This document shows, piece by piece, positions 54,791 through 64,000 of a stretch of 64,000 nucleotides of DNA. The number at the start of each line of letters is the position of its first letter. The first letter of the stretch is position 1. The stretch comes from the human T2T-CHM13v2.0 reference genome, Homo sapiens, in NCBI RefSeq assembly GCF_009914755.1, contig NC_060927.1; one strand, written 5' to 3'. Both the position numbers and the translations under genes were made by a program. Below the pieces are notes generated by a model. That model did no database searches. It was given only the letters and a program-made list of their open reading frames with translations, and was not told where the DNA came from.

Positions 54791-57700
54791 TTATTTTTAT
54801 ATAAAATCAGGAACAGTAAGTTTCCAAGAGATGTTGGAAGGAGGCAGGAGGGCTGCATCTCATTTGCATTTTTAGAAGGAATTATTTCTAAGTGACAGCT
54901 GGTGGTAACAGAATGACAGTGAACTGGAATTGAGAGATGAGGGTTCAAGCCCTGATTTTGGGACCATGTGTCTAGAGAGCAGTGGGCACGTTTCCTGGGC
55001 CTTGATTTCACCACCTATAAAATGAGACAGCTGGGCTCTTGGGGTCATACTGTTTTTCTTTTCTTTTCTTTATTATTTTTTCTCTTATTCACGTGCTCTC
55101 ACTCTGCCTTCCGCTCACAGACCTTGCTAATCAACCATCCTCTGTTCCCTGCTGAGCCTGGATGCAGTCCTAGAATCCTTTTGACATGGCCCTCCAGGAA
55201 GTCACCACCAACCCACTGGAGTTGGCACAGGAGATGAAACCTGTGTGTCATCCCAACACTTGAAGGTCCCATTTCATCCTAAATGCTATGATTCTCTGAA
55301 ATGATAAATTATCATCTTCTTTGGCCAAAAAGACATCTATAGAAGAGCCAGTTGGCCTTTTCTTTACTTGTCATACAGACATCTGGGGAGTGGGTTCAGT
55401 TTTCAAGCCACAAATTGAGGTGTGCAGAAAAAGTCACTTTTTTTTCTTCTAATTGAACTTAATTTCTCATTTGAGCCCTTGTTCTACCAAGTTACTGAAG
55501 TGAAATCCATGGATTTGTGGTGCTCTCTCTGGCTCTCCCTGGAGTTGTATGCAGTTCCAAGGACCTACATAGAGCCAAGGCATGGTGGTGGAGGGCCTCT
55601 GGTGCCCTGCTGTCACCTGTCAGTGATGGTGTTTATGGAGACATCCTTGCTCCCAATCACCTTTGATTTTGTCTCGGAGAAACTGGGCCATGCTAAGTAA
55701 CAAATTCACTCCAAAAGCTCTGTGGAAAATATAAAAGTTACTTTGTTGCTTAGGCAAAGTCCCCAGTGGCTTGGGCAATTCTTCAGGGAGTCGTTTATCT
55801 AGATAGTGATCAGGGAGCGAGCTGTTTTCATCTTGTTTCAGTATAAAGCTTCTAGACACCCAGACAGGGAAGAGAGGACTGGAAGTTTCTTGAGTGTCTC
55901 TTAAGTGCTGGGTCTGGATGGGACACATACCTTCCCATATCCATGGGCTACAGCTGGACATGGCCCCGCCACCCCCCATCCACAAGGAAGCTGGTGTGTC
56001 GGGAGTGACACGTGTTAGGTGGGCATTACCAGTCACTGCCACCGTTGTTGATTGATTTTGAGTCACTTCTTTGTTTTCTTGTACATTTTGCCTCACCTAC
56101 CTCAAGGCTAGAGCAGTTTTGCCAGCTCTGTGTGCTTCACCCCAGCTGCTTGCAGCCAGTGAGAGAAGCTTTCCATTCTTCCTGGACCTTCTGGGCTTGG
56201 GGAAGCTGTGGGGCCATCTATGGCTCCTTAGGCCACCTGTTCCACATGCATGTCTTTAGCATCAAATGTGCTGGTTGTGGGAGGACCATGGGACCTTACT
56301 GGCTTCCTACACTGCTTGGAGAACAGAAGGTGCAAGTGATCCCTGTTTTCAGGTTCATTAAACCTATTGTGGGGTTCTTCTGTTCCCCTCCCAGGGATGA
56401 GTGATGAGGACTCAGGGCTCCTTCCCACAGATGCTTGTCCCAGACACAGCTGGGTCTGGCTGCTTGGCTTCCCCCGAGAACTCTCCCTGAGCCCTCTGCT
56501 TATGACATTGCTTCACTTTTGTGACATCGCTTAATTTTTGTGATGTTGCTTCACTTTTGTCATATTTTATTCATCAGAAAGAAGGCACCAGGTCTAACCC
56601 ACACTCCTGAAAAGGGGATTGCACAGAGGCACAAAGACCTCTGGTGTTTCCAGTCCGGGTAGACTGGCTGTCACCACTGGGGCACTGGTGGGTACCTGTG
56701 AGCTGATGAGTGGGACCAAACGGCTCTGGCCACCTTGGACCCCATTCCTCCCAGGCTTTGTCTCTCCCTGAGCCCTGCGCTTGAGAACATTAAAAGCCAT
56801 GCCTTGGACCCCCTTGTTCTGAGTCCTGCCATGGGCCGTGAGGACAGCCGGCCACTCTTCCTGGTGAGCAGATTGTCACTCGGCTCCAGCTGCACGTCCA
56901 GCTCTTCCGCTGTTTTGCTCACGGTAAATGCGTCACTGGAGAAGGGAAGGTGGATTTTTGCAGTTCCACGTGCCTGGCACAAGGATATCATTTGGTAAGG
57001 AAACTTGTTGGAGAATGTGTGAAGGCCCAGGGTTTGTTCTTTCCTCTCTTCCAGCTGTGCTTACTGGCTGGAGAGAAGGGTTTGGATTCGTCTCGTTACT
57101 CTTGGCTGCTGGGCCCTTCTTCCTTTGTCGGCTGTTCAGAAGTGGGAAAATATATATTTTTTTCTCCCTCTCCTTCTTTGTCTCTTTGTCTGTGTCTGTC
57201 TGTCTGTCTCTCTCACGCACACACCCTCCATCCTCTGATCCCATTCTAGCTTCCCTGCTTTATTTCCCACTGATTTCTTTAATGCCCCAATCACATATAA
57301 ACTAAACCATTTTCTGTTCCTTGCGTTCTGGCTCTTGGGTGGTCCTAGTTAACCAGCTTTCACAGGGCAGCGTTTCCCCTTTGGTGTGATTCACATTAAA
57401 GGTGAGACTTAGACGCTGTCTGAAGTGCAGGCAATTTACTCTGGCAGCAATCTCACAACACGGACAGCAGGAGCAGGCTGGTGGCCAAACACAAGGTCCA
57501 GATGACCACCCGACTGGGAAGGGTCTCCATCTGGCGACCGTTCTCGGAGTTTGAGGGATTCTTCCTCCTTTCTTACACCTGTACTCAGTCCAGGTCAGTT
57601 CCCAGGTGTTTCTTTCATAATGGAGCTTTAAGCTATTCTGGTAAGGGTGAGCTTTGTTTTAAGGTTTGTGAAAGTTGTGTCTGTGCTAGATGGCCTTATC

Positions 57701-58337
57701 TCTAGGGCAACTAGGATTTTGGGATCCAGTTGACATAGAGACCCAGTAATCCCTGGGCCAGGGCTGGAAATCCCAGGCCAGGTTGCATCATACTGCTAAG
57801 TGTGTAGGTCCTGTGAGATGTTTGAGTGGGCGTATGGCTGTCATTAATCTTATAGCCATGGTATCTCATAGTATACTACAGTGTGTCTTTGTTTGTGTTA
57901 GTCTACTGGAAATGACCTTCTCTTATGACTCTAACATTTACCCCATTCCTTAAAAAAATCTGCTGTAAAGCAATATTTACAAACAGAAACCTGGAAAATA
58001 TACAAATATATATCTCTACATTTGTAGAATGATTTCTATGCATATATATATATATAAGAAATACGGAAATGTATAAAGTAGAAAGCAAAACCCCATAACT
58101 TTATCACCTGGCTGTAATCATTCTGATTCATTCTTATAGATTATTTTTCTTCTTTCTTTCTTTTTCTTTTCTTTCTTGCAACTCCCTGATATGATGAGAG
58201 ATCCTTGAGGCCCACTTCAAGTGCAAGTCTCCTCAGACACCTTTTTATATCATTATTCCTAGCCAAAAGAGATGGTGTCTTTCTCAGTACCCCTAGAATG
58301 TTAGTGCTCCTGCTCGTCACTGTGTGTTCGGGGTCAT

Positions 58338-58884
58338 TGTATTAGTTATCTATTGTATTGCAAATTACCCCCAAAATTATCTATTGTTGTATTGCAAAAA
58401 TTACTATTGCAAAATAGTGGCTTAAAACAGCAGCCATTTACTATTACACAGTTTCTCTGGGTCAGGAGTCTGTATCCAGCTTTACTAGGTTCTCTGTCCA
58501 GGATCTCTGACAGGCTGCACTCAAGGTGTCAGCGGACTGCAGTCTCACCTGAAGGCTCGGCTAGGGGGGAACTGCATCCAGGCTCACGCATGGTCTGAGG
58601 GCTTCCAGGCCTTGCTGGCTCCCTCAGACCTTTGCCACGTGGGCCTCTCTGTTGAGCAGCTCACTGCATGGCAGCTGGCTTCCAGCAGAGTGACCAGGGG
58701 AGACAGCAAGAGAGCCTTTTTGTAATCTGATCTTGGAGGTGACATTGCTTCACTTCTGTCATATTTTATTCATTAGGAAGAAGTCACCAGGTCTAACCCA
58801 CACTCATGGGAAGAGGGTTGCACAAAGGCATAAAGACCAGGAGGCAGGGACCACTGGGGTCCATCCAAGAAGTTGCCTGCCGCA
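58338..58884 (-). mobile_element. MLT1F/G-like LTR
   Basis: tgtattagttatctattg...gtggcttaaaacagc...gggtcaggagtc...accaggaggcagggaccactgggg..catc...gcctgccgca. Confidence 0.85.
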
Positions 58885-59416
58885 GACAATCCTGCTTATG
58901 AGCCTGTGCTGGACTGCATGCCGTCTTGGGCAGAGCCCTGCCTTATCTTTATATGTCTAATGAGATCGTGTATCTTGTGCCTGATGGGCACTCAGAAACC
59001 CACTTTGCTGTTCCCTCTTTCGTCTCTCATAGCAGGCGCCCTCTTCTTGGCAGCCTCTGCCCCGGCCCACCTCTGTGCCTTTGCTGGATAAGTCGTCTCA
59101 TGCCTTCAGGTCTCAGGGTGTGCACCCCTCCCCTAGGCAGGGAGTAGTTCTTGACCTCTTTTATGCCATCAACCACTTTGACAGTCTGAAACTTAGATTT
59201 TTTCTTAGAAAAAAAATTCAAGTTCAAAAACAATATGAAAGGCATAGAATTATAAGGAAACTCAATTATAATGAAATACAGCTATCAAAATATAAAAAAC
59301 CCAGATTTGTGATATAATAATATATGTGCTTATTTAGTAACACCTTAAATAGCAAGATGTGCAGCAGTCTTAATTTCAAAATAGTGATGAGAATGAATGC
59401 TGTTTTGAGATACTGA

Positions 59417-59753
<337 letters not shown>

Positions 59754-60113
59754 GGAAAGTATCTGATTTCTACTGGGGATAAAGTTGCAGGTTCTTTTAA
59801 TACTAATTTTATTTGTTTACTTTAAGAACTCAAAATTCAAGGAAATAACTACAATTCAGTGCAAGGTTATTAAAAATCAGGGTTGGATTCTTTCTCTGAC
59901 ATCCTGAAGCCCCGATTGAATGCCCCTCCCTGCAGGGATGGGTTGGCTGCCCACTGCACCCCTGAGCCCTCTACTCTTCCCAAATGAATGTGCCCTGCGC
60001 CCTCTCCCACTGCCCCCTTGTTGAGGAGTGAACAGTCAGCAGGGTTCACACTGGAAAGATGAAGATGGGATGAGAGAGAAGGAAGAGCAGTTTGATAAGA
60101 AAACGAAGAAAGA

Positions 60114-60439
<326 letters not shown>

Positions 60440-61028
60440 TTAGAGAGAGTCCATGCTGATTGTACAAGAGAAGTTTGGTATTTTGAGGCAGGGAAAAGAG
60501 GAATTAGGGAGGGGATGAGAGGCAGAAACAGAGTGGCAGGGCTGGTATGGGAGAGAGGATGGTAAAGAAGTTTTTTTCTGTGCATTTCTTCCAGGTTAAG
60601 GTAAAGGTCCAAATTGTTTATTTTCTGGCTACCCAACTGTTGCGTCTAAACCCATCTCTAGGCTAGAGCTACACCCTGAGGCAGCTTTCCTTGATTGGGT
60701 TGCCCACTGATGACCAATGACGGATGACTGATGACTGTACACTGTGGTTGTTTATGTAGATGAGGGTTGATGAGCTATGGCCCACCGCAGGCATGCCGCT
60801 TCTTGTTGTACATCTCCAGTTTTCAAATTCAGGGCCTGTCCTTTTTCAGATGCTGTATTACTGGGCCCTGGTCCATGGCATGGAGGTGGCACATAATGAC
60901 ACAGACCCAGTGTACCATCCTGTCCTTCAGGCCTGGGCCAGGGAGGCCCCCACACGCTGCCCTGCAGGACTGGGTTGCTGCCATTCACATGAACGTCTGC
61001 CCTTTCCTCCCTTTTTAAAATCCCGCCA

Positions 61029-61774
61029 GTGCCTATGTCCTGAATGATATTGCCTAGGTTTTCTTCTAGGGTTTTTATGGTTTTAGGTCTTATGTTTAAG
61101 TCTTTAATCCATATTAAGTTAATTTTTGTATACGATGTCACGAAGGGGTCCAGTTTCAATCTTCTGCATATGGCTAGCCAGTTTTCCCAACACCATTTAT
61201 TAAATAGGGAATCCTTTCCCGATTGCTTGTTTTTGTCAGGTTTATAAACGATTAGATGGTTGTAGATGTGTGGCATTATTTCTGAGGCCTCCGTTCTGTT
61301 CCATTGGTCTATATATCTGTTTTGGTACCAGTACCATGCTGTTTTGGTTACTGTAGCCTTGTAGTATAGTTTGAAGGCAGGAAGTGTGATACCTCCAGCT
61401 TTGTTCTTTTTGCTTAGGATTGCCTTGGCTCTACGGGCTTTTTTTTGATTCCATATGAAATTTAAAGTAGTTTTTTTCTAATTCTGTGAAGAAAGTCAGT
61501 GGTAGCTTGATGGGGATAGCATTGAATCTATAAATTACTTTGAGCAGTGTGGCTATTTTCATGATATTGATTCTTCTGTACATGAGCATGGAATGTTTTT
61601 CCATTTGTTTGTGTCCCTTCTTGTTTCCTTGAGCAGTGGTTTGTAATTCTCCTTGAAGAGGTCCTTCACATCCCTTGTAAGTTGTATTCCTAGGTGTTTT
61701 ATTCTCTTTGTAGCAATTGTGAATGGGAGTTCCCTCATGATTTGGCTCTCTATTATTGGTGTATAGGAATGCTT
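61029..61774 (-). mobile_element. L1PA (about PA6-8), inverted ORF2 segment
   Basis: ORF 60752-61276 encodes [39 protein letters not shown] (L1 ORF2p). Confidence 0.93.
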
Positions 61775-62797
61775 AAAACACCAAAAGCAATGGCAACAAA
61801 AGCCAAAATGGACAAATGGGATCTAATTAAACTAAAGAAGCTTTTGCACAGCAAAAGAAACTGTCATTAGAGTGAAAAGGCAACATACAGAATGGGAGAA
61901 AAATTTTGCATTCTATCCATCTGACAAAGGGCTAATATCTAGAATCTACAAGGAAGTTAAACAAATTTACTAGAAAAAAACAACCCCATCAAAAAGTGGG
62001 CAAAGGATATGAATAGACATTTCTCAAAAGAAGACATTTATGCAGCCAACAAACATATGAAAAAAAGCTCATCATCACTGGTCATTAGAGAAATGCAAAT
62101 CAAAACCCAGTGTGATACCATCTCATGCCAGTTAGAATGGTGATCATTAAAAAGTGAGGAAACAACAGATGCTGGAGAGGATGTGGAGAAATAGGAATGC
62201 TTTTACACTGTTGGTGGGAGTGTAAATTAGTTCACCTGTGGAAGTCAGTGTGGTGATTCCTCAAGGATCTAGAACCAGAAATACCATTTGACCCAGTAAT
62301 CCCATTACTGGGTGTATACCCAAAGGATTATAAATCATTCTACTGTAAAGATGTGCACACGTATGTTTATTGCAGCACTATTCACAATAGCAAAGACTTG
62401 GAACCAACCCAAATGTTCGTCAGTAATAGACTGGATAAAGAAAATGTGGCACATATATACCATGGAATACTATGCAGCCATAAAAAAGAATGAGTTCATG
62501 TCCTTTGCAGGGACATGGATGAAACTGGAAACCATCATTCTCAGCAAACTAACACAGGAACAGAAAACCAAACACCGCATGTTCTCACTCATAAGTGGGA
62601 GTTGAACAATGAGAACACCTGGACACGGGGAGGGGAACATCACACACCAGGGCCTGTCGGGGGATGGGGGGCAAGGGGAGGGATAGCATTAGGAGAAATA
62701 CCTAATGTAGATGACGGGTTGATGGGTGCAGTGAACCACCATGTCACGTGTATACCTATGTAACAAACCTGCATGTTCTGCACATGTATCCCAAAAC
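61774..62797 (+). mobile_element. L1PA ORF2 C-terminus plus 3' UTR (non-inverted segment)
   Basis: ORF 62312-62605 MFIAALFTIAKTWNQPKC...HRMFSLISGS* is the L1 ORF2p end; G-rich 3' UTR follows. Confidence 0.95.
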
Positions 62798-63875
62798 ATG
62801 TACCACACACACAAAAACACCAGTATTGACAGCCCAGCTACAGAGCAGACAAGAATCAAATTAGCATTCTTTAATGTACACGGATCCTGCGACGATACCT
62901 AATTCACTGCTATAAATGGACTTGTTTCCTCATTCCCCAAAGCTTTACTGTGCCTTTGTGAGGCTCCAACGATGGAGAGATTGGCTGTGTCTCTTTGATG
63001 ACTCATTTAATTCCCAGTTTCATGAGTGGAATGCACAAGTCCAAGCAGGGGTGAGGTGCAGATTCTGACTAACGAATGGAAATAATTGAAACATTACGAG
63101 TGATTTCAGTGACACCTTTCTACCACTCATGGCTGCAGGCGGGTGGGCAGCAGTGACCTTCACTGTGTGTGTGGGAGTGAGGACCAAACGGGATGGCCCT
63201 ACTAGTATGTATGCCCAAGGAGAGCTGAGTAATTTCCCCAGGGACTGAGGATTTATTAAATATTGGAATCCTGACAAGCTCCCTCTCTGTGTCTCTGGTA
63301 CTACGCTCTTCCCAGAGATGACCTTGGCTACACTGAGACTGCACTTAGCTTGCACTTTGAAAATGGAGCTTTCATTTAAATGCCTTGTCTCCTTGTGGCG
63401 CAGGAAGGTTGGATTTTCAAGAACTTTCCATCTCTGTCCCCCTGTCTGTTACTGGAGAGCAGTATGTAGTGCCAGCAGCCCTGTTGTACCTACAGGCATG
63501 AGTGTCTGAGTAGAGCTCTGGCTTAGTCCTAATAATTGAAACCATTTCGAGTTCTAGCATCTTGTGCACAGAGCTGTCTCTGTTCTCAAAACGAGAATGG
63601 AGGGCCTTGTCTTGAGGGTTTGGGCTTTGAGTAGCTGCCTCAACTCCATGTGGTTGGTAGACTGTGATCAGCATAGGACCTGAGGTGTTGGTTTTGTTGT
63701 TGGTTTTGGTCTAGCCTGCAGCATCATTTTTACACGAAGCAAAGGTTCCCTAAACTGAATTTTATACCCTGTGTTTTCAGTGGTAGGGGCCAGCCTAGGC
63801 TAGTTCCACCTGTAGAGAATTCCAACAGTGATTTCTTTGATACAACTAAGCATAAGTGAAACCAACAAAGATGAC

Positions 63876-63895
63876 TTGTTTGTTTGTTTGTTTGT

Positions 63896-63926
<31 letters not shown>

Positions 63927-64000
63927 TTTGAGACGGAGTCTTGTTCTGTTGCCCAGGCTGGAGTGCAGTGGTGCGATCTCTGCTCACTACAAGCTCTGCC
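63876..64000 (-). mobile_element. AluY 3' part (cut by window edge) with (TTTG)n(TTTA)n tail
   Basis: gagacggagtct...ctcactacaagctctgcc. Confidence 0.88.

Noticed and set aside
56503-56559. Three 19-bp repeats considered as a CRISPR-like array
   Set aside because: Directly tandem with no spacers, derived from an MLT1 LTR, eukaryotic context, no cas genes
57450-57471. REST/RE1-like ACGGACAGC
   Set aside because: Only the right half matches; the left half TTCAGCACC is absent
60752-62605. Long ORFs with real protein similarity
   Set aside because: Fragments of LINE-1 ORF2p in a truncated, inverted, frameshifted copy; not a host gene

Overview
Primate (most likely human) non-coding genomic DNA, probably a large intron or an intergenic region; the host gene cannot be identified from this window. 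I recognise no intact protein-coding exon, RNA gene or CRISPR array. Nearly all ORFs in the track are Alu/L1/LTR/microsatellite translations or chance ORFs; the only real protein homology is to LINE-1 ORF2p and degraded ORF1p-like fragments. A large share of the window is interspersed repeats: about 17 Alus or Alu monomers, L1PA and older L1M/HAL1 pieces, MaLR (MLT1/MST) and ERVL (MLT2/HERVL) LTRs, Tigger/hAT/piggyBac MITEs, MIR and L2. Repeat family names come from recall of consensus sequences and need RepeatMasker/Dfam confirmation. Most notable observations: a MER85 piggyBac MITE with a symmetrically mutated CSB-PGBD3 binding palindrome; two twin-primed (5'-inverted) L1PA insertions plus an ancient ORF1-like element with the same inverted architecture; two tiny TSD-flanked retro-insertions; a nested perfect palindrome in a MIR; a local LTR-fragment duplication mosaic at 56-59 kb; and several CpG-retaining, motif-rich unique segments that may be enhancers. 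I found no convincing evidence of a novel multi-gene system.
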